Shown in pieces: positions 51,253 to 61,854 of a stretch of DNA of 64,000 nt. Each line of letters starts with the position of its first letter. Positions within the stretch are counted from its first letter, which is position 1. Below the pieces are notes generated by a model. The model did not search any database. It was given only the letters and a program-made list of their open reading frames with translations, and had not been told where the DNA came from. Source of the stretch: Deinococcales bacterium (lineage in GTDB: Bacteria > Deinococcota > Deinococci > Deinococcales > JAAFIG01); assembly GCA_031414595.1 (NCBI GenBank), contig JANNVX010000067.1:23102-87101 (forward strand), written 5' to 3'. Both the position numbers and the translations under genes were made by a program.

Positions 51253-52896
51253 ATGAACATTATTCGTGCTGCAAGAGGCAACCACCGCACCGCCAAAGGC
51301 TGGATTCAAGAAGCCGCCAAACGAATGCTGATGAATAACCTTGACCCCGAAGTTGCCGAGAATCCTGCTGAACTGATTGTTTATGGTGGGCGTGGCAAAG
51401 CCGCCCGTAACTGGGAGGCGTACCATAAAATCGTTGAAACCCTAGACAGACTCGAGAATCACCAAACCCTGTTGGTGCAGTCTGGTAAACCTGTGGCGGT
51501 TCTCGAGACCCAGCCGCTTGCGCCAAGGGTCTTAATTGCCAATTCTAACCTTGTGCCAAATTGGGCAACGTGGGAAGAGTTTGATCGTTTAGACCAAGCT
51601 GGCTTAATGATGTATGGACAAATGACGGCTGGAAGCTGGATTTACATTGGTACACAAGGCATCCTCCAAGGTACGTTTGAAACCTTTGCGGCGGCGGGTA
51701 AAAAACACTTTGCTGGCTCGTTGGCTGGCACAATCACGGTCACGGCTGGATTGGGTGGCATGGGTGGAGCGCAACCTCTGGCGGTCAAATTAGCGGGTGG
51801 GGTGGCGCTTTGTATCGAACTTGACCCAAGCCGAATGCAGCGCCGCCTCGAGACTCGCTATTTGGATGAAGTGGCGGTGTCTTTGACCGATGCGATTGCC
51901 CGCGCTCAAAAAGCCAAACTCGAGAAACGCGCCCTCAGTATTGGTATTTTGGGTAATGTTGCCGAGGTGCTACCCAAGATGCTCGAAATGGGCTTTCTGC
52001 CAGATTTACTGACCGACCAAACCTCGAGCCACGACCCAATGTGGGGCTACATTCCGCCGTCTAAGTCCGATGAGGACATCAACAGGTTGCGAACTGTCCA
52101 ACCTGAAGAGTATTTAAGCCGTACTCGAGCCGCCATCGCCCTGCATGTCAGCACGATGATAGAAATGCAGCGCCGAGGTGTGATTGTTTTTGACTACGGC
52201 AATAATCTACGCGCCCAAGCCAAAATTGCTGGACTCGAGAATGCCTTTGACTACCCCGGATTTGTCCCCGCTTTTATCCGCGATTCTTTTTGTGAAGGGC
52301 GAGGTCCGTTTCGATGGGTGGCACTTTCGGGCGACCCAGCCGATATTGCTGCTACTGATGCGGCGCTGCTCGAGTTGTTCCCCGATGATGCACGTCTGCA
52401 AAACTGGCTTGGGTTTGCTTCAAGCCAAATTCAATTCCAAGGCTTGCCTGCTCGAATTTGCTGGTTGGGCTACCGTGAACGTGATAAAGCCGGACGGCTC
52501 TTTAATCAAATGGTGCGGGATGGGCGCTTAAAAGCCCCGGTTGTAATTGGACGTGACCACTTAGACGCGGGCAGTGTTGCCAGTCCATACCGTGAAACTG
52601 AAGCAATGCTTGACGGCTCAGATGCCGTTTCTGACTGGGCATTGCTGAATTTTGCGACGGGAATTGCCAGTGGCGCGGCTTGGATGAGTTTTCATCACGG
52701 CGGCGGGGTTGGCATGGGGTACAGCCAACATTCGGGCTTGGTTGCCGTGGCAGACGGCAGCGAGGAAGCCGATACGCGCTTGCGCCTGTGTTTGACCAAC
52801 GACCCTGCAATGGGCGTGATTCGTCATGCCGACGCGGGTTATGACCTTGCCAAAAAAGCCGCTACTGAGCGCGGTGTGGACATGCCAAGCCTATGA
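51253..52896 (+). CDS. hutU: Urocanate hydratase
   Basis: [40 protein letters not shown]. Confidence 0.98.
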   Translation: MNIIRAARGNHRTAKGWIQEAAKRMLMNNLDPEVAENPAELIVYGGRGKAARNWEAYHKIVETLDRLENHQTLLVQSGKPVAVLETQPLAPRVLIANSNLVPNWATWEEFDRLDQAGLMMYGQMTAGSWIYIGTQGILQGTFETFAAAGKKHFAGSLAGTITVTAGLGGMGGAQPLAVKLAGGVALCIELDPSRMQRRLETRYLDEVAVSLTDAIARAQKAKLEKRALSIGILGNVAEVLPKMLEMGFLPDLLTDQTSSHDPMWGYIPPSKSDEDINRLRTVQPEEYLSRTRAAIALHVSTMIEMQRRGVIVFDYGNNLRAQAKIAGLENAFDYPGFVPAFIRDSFCEGRGPFRWVALSGDPADIAATDAALLELFPDDARLQNWLGFASSQIQFQGLPARICWLGYRERDKAGRLFNQMVRDGRLKAPVVIGRDHLDAGSVASPYRETEAMLDGSDAVSDWALLNFATGIASGAAWMSFHHGGGVGMGYSQHSGLVAVADGSEEADTRLRLCLTNDPAMGVIRHADAGYDLAKKAATERGVDMPSL

Positions 52897-53801
52897 GCCA
52901 GCTTCCATATGTCGGTATCAGCACCTTTGCCAGAGCCAAGCACCAACCACTCGAGACGATGTGGACAGCCGATGTGGGTATTCTTGGCATTCCCTTTGAC
53001 CTCGCCTTGGGTTTTCGCCCGGGAGCGCGTTTTGCCCCTCGAGTGCTGCGTGAAGCCAGTCTGCGCTACGCCTTACCCAAAGAAGGATTTTACGACCTAC
53101 ACAGCAACGCCATGCACTTAGCGGGTCTCGAGATAGCCGATGCTGGCGATGTGAATTTGCCCAGTCTCGAGCCAGAATTATCGCGCATCAGAATTTTTGA
53201 AGCTGTCACTGCCCTGCGTTCTCGGGTTAATCTACCAATTTTTCTGGGTGGCGACCACAGTGTGACATACCCGATTCTGAAGGCTTTTGGGGATATTCCA
53301 GAACTGCATATTGTCCAATTTGATGCCCATTTAGACTTTAGCGATTCACGCAACGACACGCATTTTTCCAACTCGAGTCCATTTCGCCGGGCTGCCGAAG
53401 ATATGCCGAACCTTAAACACATCACCACCCTTGGCTTACGCGGCTTGCGATTTGACCAAGAAGCTGTCCAAGCCGCCAAAGCTCGAGGGCATACTTTAAT
53501 CCTGATGTCTGAGATGACCAATCTCGAGCGGGTGATTTCTTTATTGCCAGACGGTAAAAATGTCTATATTTCTTTTGATGTAGACGTTCTTGAGCCAAGT
53601 TTAGTTCCTGCTACGTCCAGCCCAGAACCCGAAGGCATGGGTTTTGGTATGGCAGTTAATCTTTTAGAAGCCGTGGCAGCTAGAAATACCGTGCTTGGTT
53701 TTGACTTGGTGGAATTTGCCCCGAACCTTGACTCGAGCGGTAACAGCGGACTTTTTTTGGCGCGATTGATGATGGAATTTTTGAAAGCGGTCATGAAATG
53801 A
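52893..53801 (+). CDS. hutG: Arginase-family ureohydrolase, probable formimidoylglutamase
   Basis: GGDHS, FDAHLD, SFDVD; function inferred from position in the hut operon. Confidence 0.7.
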   Translation: MSQLPYVGISTFARAKHQPLETMWTADVGILGIPFDLALGFRPGARFAPRVLREASLRYALPKEGFYDLHSNAMHLAGLEIADAGDVNLPSLEPELSRIRIFEAVTALRSRVNLPIFLGGDHSVTYPILKAFGDIPELHIVQFDAHLDFSDSRNDTHFSNSSPFRRAAEDMPNLKHITTLGLRGLRFDQEAVQAAKARGHTLILMSEMTNLERVISLLPDGKNVYISFDVDVLEPSLVPATSSPEPEGMGFGMAVNLLEAVAARNTVLGFDLVEFAPNLDSSGNSGLFLARLMMEFLKAVMK

Positions 53802-53830
53802 ATGTTAGAAGATTAAATATTTGTCGTTAC

Positions 53831-53948
53831 AGGACAGACACGGGGGTCTGTCCCTACGAACAGGGCATCACAATTGCGTCAGGTAGGGGGCGACCCCAGC
53901 CCGTCAGGTGCATCTTTAGGGTCAAGAACGAACCCCTGTGTTCGCCCT
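53831..53948. repeat. Divergent pair of GTAG-type REP palindromes
   Basis: Minus strand gtagggacagacccccgtgtctgtcct (53831-53857); plus strand gtagggg|cgaacccctgtgttcgccct (53883-53948) split by an insert. Confidence 0.8.
53890..53928 (+). mobile_element. 39-bp GCG...CAAGAA micro-element inserted in a REP
   Basis: gcgaccccagcccgtcaggtgcatctttagggtcaagaa; removal restores an intact REP hairpin. Confidence 0.8.
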
Positions 53949-54009
53949 GCCATTCCCTGATTGGTTTTCATTGCCAAACTTTACAAACAAAACTTTGTTG
54001 GAGGCTTGC

Positions 54010-55227
54010 ATGAACGCAGATATTCTCTTCACCAACATTTCACAGTTGGTAACACCGATTGGCGCTGGTGCTCGAGGCGGAAAACAGCAAGCCGAATTAC
54101 AAATCACTCCCAATGCTGCTTTTGCTGTGCAGGATGGCTTAATCGCTTGGGTCGGTCGGCAAAACGACTGGACTGGTACGGCTCGAGAGGTCAAGGATTT
54201 AGGCGGTTGCGCGGTTGTCCCCGGACTGATAGACCCGCATACCCACGCGGTCTGGGCTGGCAATCGCTTAGCCGATTTTGAAGCTCGGGCTTCTGGGATG
54301 CAGTATGAGGAAATTTTACGGCTTGGCGGTGGGATTCGTAGTTCAATACGGGATACCAGTGCTGCCAGTCTCGAGCAATTGGTGGATTTGGCTTTGCCGC
54401 GTTTATTGGCGTTGCAGTCAAGTGGCGCAACCACCATCGAAGTCAAAAGCGGGTATGGTTTTTCTTTAGAAGCCGAGTTGCGTTGTCTCGAGGCGATTAA
54501 AATTTTGCAGTCCAAACTGCAAGCTCATCTCGAGCCAACGCTGTTAATTCATGTGCCGCCACAAAACGCTTCTGAACGTCCAGCTTACCTTGAAATGGTT
54601 TGTTTAGAACTAATTCCGCAAGCTAAACCTTTGGTAAAAGCCGTGGATGTGTTTATTGAACGCGAAGCCTTTAACCTACTCGAGACGCGGCGTATCCTCG
54701 AGACTGCCCAAAATCACGGTTTAGCGGTCAAACTTCACGCCGACCAATTTCATTGCGTCGGCGGTTTGGAGCTTGGCGTGGAACTCGGGGCGTTATCGGT
54801 AGACCATCTAGAAGTCAGTGGGCAACCACAAATTGCTTTAATCGCCAAAAGCCAAACGATAGCTACGATTCTGCCCGGTGTAACCCTGCATCTTGGGCTA
54901 CCCGTTGCACCCGCCCGAGCTTTACTTGAGGCTGGAGCAGCAGTCGCCATTGGCACAGATTTGAACCCCGGCTCGAGTCCAGTCTTTAGTTCGCAAATGG
55001 CATTGGCGCTTGGAGTGCGCTTAAACCGTTTGACCCCCGCCGAGGCATTGGTGGCGTGTACGGTCAATGCGGCTGCCGCCCTTGGTTTACCCAATCGAGG
55101 TCGGCTCGAGGTCGGTTGTGTTGCCGATGCGTTGGTGCTGTACAGTTCAAATTGGCTCGAGTTGGCGTATCTGCTTGGCGTAAACCCAGTCAAAACCATC
55201 TTGATTGCTGGGCAGGAGGTTTTATGA
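54010..55227 (+). CDS. hutI: Imidazolonepropionase
   Basis: PGLIDPHTH, EVKSGYG, KLHADQ, GTDLNPGSSP; GGAGG before ATG 54010. Confidence 0.96.
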   Translation: MNADILFTNISQLVTPIGAGARGGKQQAELQITPNAAFAVQDGLIAWVGRQNDWTGTAREVKDLGGCAVVPGLIDPHTHAVWAGNRLADFEARASGMQYEEILRLGGGIRSSIRDTSAASLEQLVDLALPRLLALQSSGATTIEVKSGYGFSLEAELRCLEAIKILQSKLQAHLEPTLLIHVPPQNASERPAYLEMVCLELIPQAKPLVKAVDVFIEREAFNLLETRRILETAQNHGLAVKLHADQFHCVGGLELGVELGALSVDHLEVSGQPQIALIAKSQTIATILPGVTLHLGLPVAPARALLEAGAAVAIGTDLNPGSSPVFSSQMALALGVRLNRLTPAEALVACTVNAAAALGLPNRGRLEVGCVADALVLYSSNWLELAYLLGVNPVKTILIAGQEVL

Positions 55228-56744
55228 TTTTTGTTGGTGCAGAATTAAGTCTTAAAGATGTGGTCAGTGTGGCTCGAGGCTATACAGAAGTGCAAATTCT
55301 TCCCGAGGCAATTGAACCAATCAACACCAGCCGAGCTTACGTTGAACAACTGGTTGCCGAAAACAAGGTGGTCTACGGTTTGACCACGGGTTTTGGTAAA
55401 CTCGCCCATGTCAAAATCGCCCCCGAAGATGTACGCGATTTACAACGCAACTTAATACTTTCTCATGCGATGGGGGTTGGGACACCCCTAAGTACCGAAG
55501 TGACTCGAGCCATGTTGTTGCTTCGCGCTCAGAGTTTATCGTATGGCTTTAGTGGGATTCGCTTGCTGGTGATTCAACTGATTCTGGACTGCTTAAACGC
55601 CCGAATCCATCCAATTATTCCCGCCCAAGGTTCGGTTGGGGCAAGTGGCGACCTTGCCCCACTTGCCCACATGAGTTTAATGTTGATTGGCGAAGGCAGC
55701 GTTGAATATCAAGGTCATACCTTACCCGCCGCCGAAGCCTTAGCCAAAGCTGGCTTAAAACCTGCGATTCTCGAGGCAAAAGAAGGTCTAGCCCTGATTA
55801 ACGGCACACAAGCCATGACTGCCATCGGTGCATTAACCATTCATGATGCGCTTGAACTGGCAACGGCTGCCGATATTACCGGTGCAATGAGTCTCGAGGC
55901 ATTAAAAGGCACATTAACTTCCTTTGATGCTCGAGTCACCGATGTTCGTCCGCATCCGGGGGCAGCCAAAGTAGCTTCTAATTTGCGAATCATTGGGGCG
56001 AACAGCCCAATCCATGCCTCACATGAACACTGCGAAAAAATTCAGGATGCCTATAGTCTGCGCTGTATGCCCCAAGTGCATGGCGCAAGCCGCGACGCAC
56101 TGCAACACGCCCTCGAAGTTGTGACCCGAGAGGTGAATAGTGTCACTGATAACCCGTTAATTTTTGCCGAAGACCAAAAAGTTATCTCAGCCGGAAATTT
56201 TCATGGGCAACCTGTGGCACTCGCCATGGATTATGCCAAAATTGCCATCGCCGAACTTGCCAATATCTCTGAACGGCGCATCGAGCATATGCTTGACCCG
56301 GCGCTTTCGGGCTTACCCGCGTTTTTGGCTCGACTTGGCGGACTGCATTCTGGTTTAATGATTAGTCAGTACACCGCCGCCAGTTTGGTCAGCGAAAACA
56401 AGGTTTTAGCCCACCCCTCGAGTGTGGACAGTATTCCGACCAGTGCAAACCAAGAAGACCATGTTTCAATGGGAACAACCAGTGCCAGACAAGCCGCGAT
56501 GATTCTCGAGAATGCCCGTTGGGTGATTGCCATAGAACTCCTGAATGCCACCCAAGCCCTCGAGTTTCACGCCCCACTCGAGCCGGGCGCTGGGGTCAAA
56601 GCTGCCAGTGCGTGTTTGCGACAGGTCGTACCGCCGCTCGAGAAAGACCGCATCATGACGGCAGACCTGAACGCGGCTCGAGAATTGATTGTGGGCTTAG
56701 AGTTACGAAAAGCTGTGGAGGCAGTCATCGGTCAGTTAAATTGA
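55224..56744 (+). CDS. hutH: Histidine ammonia-lyase
   Basis: VYGLTTGFG, GSVGASGDLAPL (MIO-forming ASG), QDAYSLRC, NQEDHVSMG. Confidence 0.97.
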   Translation: MIFVGAELSLKDVVSVARGYTEVQILPEAIEPINTSRAYVEQLVAENKVVYGLTTGFGKLAHVKIAPEDVRDLQRNLILSHAMGVGTPLSTEVTRAMLLLRAQSLSYGFSGIRLLVIQLILDCLNARIHPIIPAQGSVGASGDLAPLAHMSLMLIGEGSVEYQGHTLPAAEALAKAGLKPAILEAKEGLALINGTQAMTAIGALTIHDALELATAADITGAMSLEALKGTLTSFDARVTDVRPHPGAAKVASNLRIIGANSPIHASHEHCEKIQDAYSLRCMPQVHGASRDALQHALEVVTREVNSVTDNPLIFAEDQKVISAGNFHGQPVALAMDYAKIAIAELANISERRIEHMLDPALSGLPAFLARLGGLHSGLMISQYTAASLVSENKVLAHPSSVDSIPTSANQEDHVSMGTTSARQAAMILENARWVIAIELLNATQALEFHAPLEPGAGVKAASACLRQVVPPLEKDRIMTADLNAARELIVGLELRKAVEAVIGQLN

Positions 56745-56892
56745 TGGCTACATGCTTTTAATGATGAACTTGAGTTTTGTAGTAGCAATAGGCTCTTTTT
56801 TTGGCTGTTTTCGCAAATAAAGTTTATTAAATTTGGTTCTTGCGTAATTCCTCGAGTATGATGAACTAATAGGTTCGACTTTATCCAAAGGG

Positions 56893-58854
56893 GTGCTACG
56901 AATGCCTAAAACCAAGCAAGCCAAAAATGAACGGAATACCGAAAATGTAATTCGTGATTCGCTTCAAGAAAATGGGTATTATGATCAACGAAGCGATATT
57001 CAAATTGATGAACAAAAAAGCAATATCGCTTCCATAAAAAAAGCCCTCAAGAATGCGAGTAAAACAGGAAAAAGTGGTGTAGGTGCGCCAGAATTTATTA
57101 TTAGTAGCCCTACTAATCCAGATTTTTTGCTTGTAATTGAGGGCAAAGCAGATATAAAAGACCATGAAAGTGGTCAGCTTGAAGAATTGCTAATTCATAA
57201 AATTGACATAACCAAAATTTCGGACACTGAACAATCTGAGGCTATCAAACGGGCAAATAGATTTGCAGTAGATGGAGTATTACATTACGCACGTTTCCTA
57301 GCCAAAGAACACAATGTCATTGCTATTGGTGTAAGCGGGGAAACTGCTAAATCAATAAAGTTATCAACTTACCTTTGGACAAAAGGGGTAGACTTCCCCA
57401 AATTATTAACGGCTAAAGATGGTGCGAGTTTAGATAAAATCATATCGTGGCAAGATTATTTAGACGCTGCAAGTTTTGATCCAAGTGTACAACGGGCAAA
57501 ATTTGATGAATTGATGAGCTTTGCCCACGATTTACATATTTTTATGCGTGACCATGCCAAACTCACGGAGAGTGAAAAACCTTTGTTGGTGAGTGGAACA
57601 CTGATTGCCCTACAAAGCCCTGCCTTTTCATTGGCATTTGGCGCGTATAAACCAAAAGAATTGCAAGACGAATGGTTTAAGGTTATTCAGTCGGAAATTC
57701 AGAAAGCTGAAATCCCAAAAGCAAAAAAAGACAATATGGCACAGCCTTATAGTGGAATTGCAGTTCATCCAGAGTTGGGTAAGCCTACAAAAGAATATCC
57801 CAAAGGTATTTTACATGAACTTATTCAACGCCTAAATGAAAGAGTCAAACCGTTTTTGACGACCTACCGAGACTTTGATGTGGTAGGTCAGTTTTATGGG
57901 GAATTTCTAAAGTACACTGGTGGCGACAAAAAAGCTTTGGGTATTGTTCTAACTCCAAGGCACATTACAGAACTTTTTTCATTACTGGCAAATGTGAATG
58001 AGCAAAGTATCGTACTGGATATTTGTACAGGTACTGGAGGCTTTTTAATTAGCGCCATGCACCAGATGATGAAATCTGCTACAACTGATGCTGAACGTCT
58101 TAGAATTAAACAGTTTGGACTTATTGGGGTAGAGCAGCAACCAAATATGTTTGCTTTAGCTGCCTCAAATATGATTTTGCGTGGTGACGGTAAGGCAAAC
58201 TTGTATCAAGGGTCTTGTTTTGATGATGCAATTACCAAAGCAGTCAAAGAACATAAAGCAGATGTAGGGATGATCAATCCACCATACAGCCAAGGAACGG
58301 CTGATTTGCACGAATTACGCTTTATTCAACATATGTTAGATTGCCTTAAAGAAGGTGGCACTGGTCTTGCCATCGTTCCAATGTCTTGTGCTATCTCTTC
58401 ACATCCAATGAAAGCTGAATTGATGGCTAAGCATACACTCGAGGCTGTGATGTCTATGCCGGGAGAATTATTTTATCCAGTTGGCGTTGTGGCTTGTATT
58501 ATGGTCTGGACAGCTAAAAAACCACATGCGAAGAGCCGAAAAAAGACTTGGTTTGGTTATTGGAAAGAAGATGGATTTACCAAAACCAAACATCGTGGTC
58601 GTTTAGATATTGGTAATTATTGGCAAGATATTAGAAATCACTGGGTAACAATGTTCCTGAATCGTGATGAACATGTAGGAGAAAGTGTAAAACAAGAAGT
58701 TGGTGCAACCGACGAATGGTGTGCCGAAGCTTACATGGAGACAGATTACGGACTTATTTTGCAAGCTGATTTTGAAAAAACGATCAGAGACCATGCGGTG
58801 TTTCGGCTTTTGGGGATTAAAAATGCACCGAGCTTTGCGGAAGATGACCTATGA
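56893..58854 (+). CDS. BcgI-like (Type IIB) fused restriction endonuclease/N6-adenine methyltransferase subunit
   Basis: PEF..VIEGK nuclease motif, GVLHYA, LDICTGTGGFL, NPPY; start may be ATG 56902. Confidence 0.82.
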   Translation: MLRMPKTKQAKNERNTENVIRDSLQENGYYDQRSDIQIDEQKSNIASIKKALKNASKTGKSGVGAPEFIISSPTNPDFLLVIEGKADIKDHESGQLEELLIHKIDITKISDTEQSEAIKRANRFAVDGVLHYARFLAKEHNVIAIGVSGETAKSIKLSTYLWTKGVDFPKLLTAKDGASLDKIISWQDYLDAASFDPSVQRAKFDELMSFAHDLHIFMRDHAKLTESEKPLLVSGTLIALQSPAFSLAFGAYKPKELQDEWFKVIQSEIQKAEIPKAKKDNMAQPYSGIAVHPELGKPTKEYPKGILHELIQRLNERVKPFLTTYRDFDVVGQFYGEFLKYTGGDKKALGIVLTPRHITELFSLLANVNEQSIVLDICTGTGGFLISAMHQMMKSATTDAERLRIKQFGLIGVEQQPNMFALAASNMILRGDGKANLYQGSCFDDAITKAVKEHKADVGMINPPYSQGTADLHELRFIQHMLDCLKEGGTGLAIVPMSCAISSHPMKAELMAKHTLEAVMSMPGELFYPVGVVACIMVWTAKKPHAKSRKKTWFGYWKEDGFTKTKHRGRLDIGNYWQDIRNHWVTMFLNRDEHVGESVKQEVGATDEWCAEAYMETDYGLILQADFEKTIRDHAVFRLLGIKNAPSFAEDDL

Positions 58855-59816
58855 AAACGATACCACTTTCAGAATTATTTGAAGTTAAATATGGAGTCAA
58901 TTTAGAATTAAACCGAATGATTCCTGACACTGAGGGTATCCCATTTATTGGGCGTTCAGATAAGCAAAATGGTGTGACTGGACGCGTCCAGATGCTCGAG
59001 AACATAGCGCCACTACCTGCGGGTACATTGACTGTGGCTGGAGGTGGTTCAGTATTGGCTACTTTTTTGCAAATCGAACCATATTACTCTGGGCGCGATT
59101 TGTACTATCTGACCCCAGTAGAGCGCATGACTGATGCTCAAAAACTATTTTATGTAACCTGTATTAGAGCAAACCGTTACCGCTATAATTATGGTAGACA
59201 AGCTAACCGAACCTTAAAAAGTATTCGAGTTCCTGTACTGAGTGAAATACCAACATGGTTTGAAACGGTTGATGTCAATATGTTCGCAGGTAAAGATGCT
59301 CCATTAAAAGCAGACCCGCTTTTAGGGTTGGGCGATGTTTGTCAGTGGCAACAATTTCTATATCAAGACTTATTTGAAATTGAGCGAGGGCGTGGTCCAA
59401 GAAAAAAAGATGTTGATGGTTCTGGCTTGACACCATTTATCACCTCGATTGATAACAATAATGGCTTAACCAGTATGTGCAACTCTGAACCTATACATAA
59501 TGGAAATGTGATTAGTGTCAATCGAAATGGAAGTGTTGGTGAGGCATACTATCAACCCTTACCTTTTTGTTCAACCGAAGACGTTCATGTTTTTAATCCT
59601 AAGTTTAAGATGACTGCTGCTATTGGACTTTTTTTTGTGACCCTGATTCGTAAAGAAAAATACCGTTTTAGTTATGGTCGTAAGTGGGGGATTGAGCGTA
59701 TGAAAAAATCGGTAATTCGGTTGCCAATAGATGCTGTAGGGCAACCAGATTGGCAATTTATGGAGAATTATGTCAACTCACTTGCGTTCAGTAGCCAAAT
59801 AGGTCAACCTGGCTAA
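58851..59816 (+). CDS. Restriction-modification specificity (S) subunit with two TRDs
   Basis: Two repeats (LFEVKYG..YRYNYGRQ and LFEIERG..YRFSYGRK), PDWQFMENY; ATGA overlap. Confidence 0.85.
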   Translation: MKTIPLSELFEVKYGVNLELNRMIPDTEGIPFIGRSDKQNGVTGRVQMLENIAPLPAGTLTVAGGGSVLATFLQIEPYYSGRDLYYLTPVERMTDAQKLFYVTCIRANRYRYNYGRQANRTLKSIRVPVLSEIPTWFETVDVNMFAGKDAPLKADPLLGLGDVCQWQQFLYQDLFEIERGRGPRKKDVDGSGLTPFITSIDNNNGLTSMCNSEPIHNGNVISVNRNGSVGEAYYQPLPFCSTEDVHVFNPKFKMTAAIGLFFVTLIRKEKYRFSYGRKWGIERMKKSVIRLPIDAVGQPDWQFMENYVNSLAFSSQIGQPG

Positions 59817-59864
59817 AGATTTTGCGCCCTCGAGTTTTGTTTTTTTGTGGGTTACACTACCCAA

Positions 59865-61736
59865 ATGCTAGTGGCTCTCGAGAATGTCGAAAAATTTTAT
59901 GGTTCACAAGATGTATTGGTTGGTTGTTCTCTAACGATTAACGAAGGTGAACGCTTGGCGGTGGTCGGGCGTAACGGCGCGGGTAAAACCACAATCATGA
60001 AAATGATGGCGGGGATTGAAGAACCGACCAATGGCAAAGTGATTCGCGCCCCCGGTTTGTCGGTGCGGGCATTGGCGCAAGACCCAGTATTTGAAGCGGG
60101 GCAAACCATTCTGGCGGCAGTAGAATCGGCGTTCACCGAATTTGATGCTTTTGAAAAATCCATGCAAGCCTTAGAACCTTTTCTCGAGATTGAAGATAAA
60201 CTCCACGAATACCACGAACTCGAGGAACATTATCGCTTGCGTGGTGGCTATGCTCGCGGCTCGAGGCGCGACGCAGTGCTTTCGAGTCTTGGTTTTTTAG
60301 GGCGTGAACTCGAGATTATAGATGGCTTAAGCGGTGGTGAACGTACCCGTTTGGCACTGGCGCAGATTTTGGTGGCACAGCCCGAATTGCTGCTGCTTGA
60401 CGAACCCACAAACCACTTGGACATTGTCATGCTCGAGTGGCTAGAAGGGTTTTTGCGCTCTTATCCGGGGGCTGTGCTGATGATTTCGCACGACAGGGCG
60501 TTTTTGGATGCTGTAGCCACCGATACGGCGCTGGTCTTTAATAAGGATGTCAAGCGTTACCCCGGCAACTACTCGGCGTTCAAAAAAACGTGGTTGGCAG
60601 AGCGTGAAATTCATGAACGTACCCGAACCAATCAGCTTAAAGAACTGGGTAGGCTCGAGGCAAGCGCCGAAAAAACCCGTCAGTGGGGTCACAGCAACGA
60701 AAAACTAGCGATTCGCGCCAGGGCTATGGCAAAACGCGCCGAGCGATTTGCGGGTACTGTGCTAGATGAACAAGCCAGCGAACAGGGCGCTGCCACGGTT
60801 GGTTTTAACAGTTCCGAAACGGGCGAAATTATCTTCCAAGGCGGCTACATCACACGGCGTTTTGGCTCGAGGACACTCTTTAGTGGGGTCGAAGCCACGA
60901 TTCGTAAGGGTGAACGAATAGCAATTATTGGACGTAATGGCGCGGGGAAATCGACGCTCTTAAAAACCATGCTCGGTTTTGAGCCTTCCGATGACCCGCG
61001 CAGTTCGGTGCGGCTTGGCTCGAGGGTCAAACTTGGTTATTATGACCAGCAATTACGCGGCATAGACCCAAACAGCACGCTTTTTCTCGAGATAAAACCA
61101 TTTTTTGAAAAAGACCAAGAGGTCTTTGATTTACTTGGAGCGTATTTGTTTCCGTTCTCGAGCAAAGATAAGAAAATTTCAATGTTATCAGGGGGTGAAC
61201 GCGCTCGGATGGCGCTCTTGAAACTCTCTTTACAAGAATGTAATTTTTTGGTCTTAGACGAACCGACCAATCATTTAGACATGGAAATGCTCGAGAAATT
61301 AGAAACCGCGATGCTGAACTTTACCGGAACACTGGTGATGGTTTCGCACGACAGACGTTTTATTGAAAATGTTGCCAATACGATTTGGACTGTCGAAGAT
61401 GGGCAACTCTATACCTATCCGGGCAGGTACGATTACGCGATTGAAAAGCACAAACAAGCCACCATGCCAGAGCCAATTCTCGAGAAGGTAGTTGTTCCTG
61501 TGCAGCGCGAGAAAAAAGCGGTTAATCCGTGGAAACTCCGCCAAGAAGTTAAAACCATAGAAGCGCAAATTACCCAACTCGAGACCGAGCAATTGGCAGT
61601 GCAAACCGAACTTGGCACACCTAAGCCGGATTCGGATTTTGCGGCACTGGGTAAACGCAACGCCGAAATAGACTCGGAGTTGCTGACTGCCATGCAGCGT
61701 TGGGAAGAAATTTCTGGTTTGCTTGAAACGGCGTAA
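59865..61736 (+). CDS. ABC-F family ATPase (Uup-like)
   Basis: Two GRNGAGK/LSGGE/LDEPTNHLD cassettes, no TM, C-terminal coiled coil. Confidence 0.93.
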   Translation: MLVALENVEKFYGSQDVLVGCSLTINEGERLAVVGRNGAGKTTIMKMMAGIEEPTNGKVIRAPGLSVRALAQDPVFEAGQTILAAVESAFTEFDAFEKSMQALEPFLEIEDKLHEYHELEEHYRLRGGYARGSRRDAVLSSLGFLGRELEIIDGLSGGERTRLALAQILVAQPELLLLDEPTNHLDIVMLEWLEGFLRSYPGAVLMISHDRAFLDAVATDTALVFNKDVKRYPGNYSAFKKTWLAEREIHERTRTNQLKELGRLEASAEKTRQWGHSNEKLAIRARAMAKRAERFAGTVLDEQASEQGAATVGFNSSETGEIIFQGGYITRRFGSRTLFSGVEATIRKGERIAIIGRNGAGKSTLLKTMLGFEPSDDPRSSVRLGSRVKLGYYDQQLRGIDPNSTLFLEIKPFFEKDQEVFDLLGAYLFPFSSKDKKISMLSGGERARMALLKLSLQECNFLVLDEPTNHLDMEMLEKLETAMLNFTGTLVMVSHDRRFIENVANTIWTVEDGQLYTYPGRYDYAIEKHKQATMPEPILEKVVVPVQREKKAVNPWKLRQEVKTIEAQITQLETEQLAVQTELGTPKPDSDFAALGKRNAEIDSELLTAMQRWEEISGLLETA

Positions 61737-61854
61737 CTCGAGACAGCGCAATCGTAGATACTCGAGACTCATTTTGTGGTCTTGTCGTTTCTATGCCATA
61801 ATCTAGCCTCTAAAGCAATTCGGTTTTAATAATTTATTTCTCGTGGGGGCTAAC

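Noticed and set aside
56893-59816. R-M system as the cause of the CTCGAG enrichment
   Set aside because: A two-TRD S subunit implies a bipartite site, and the locus itself is poor in CTCGAG.
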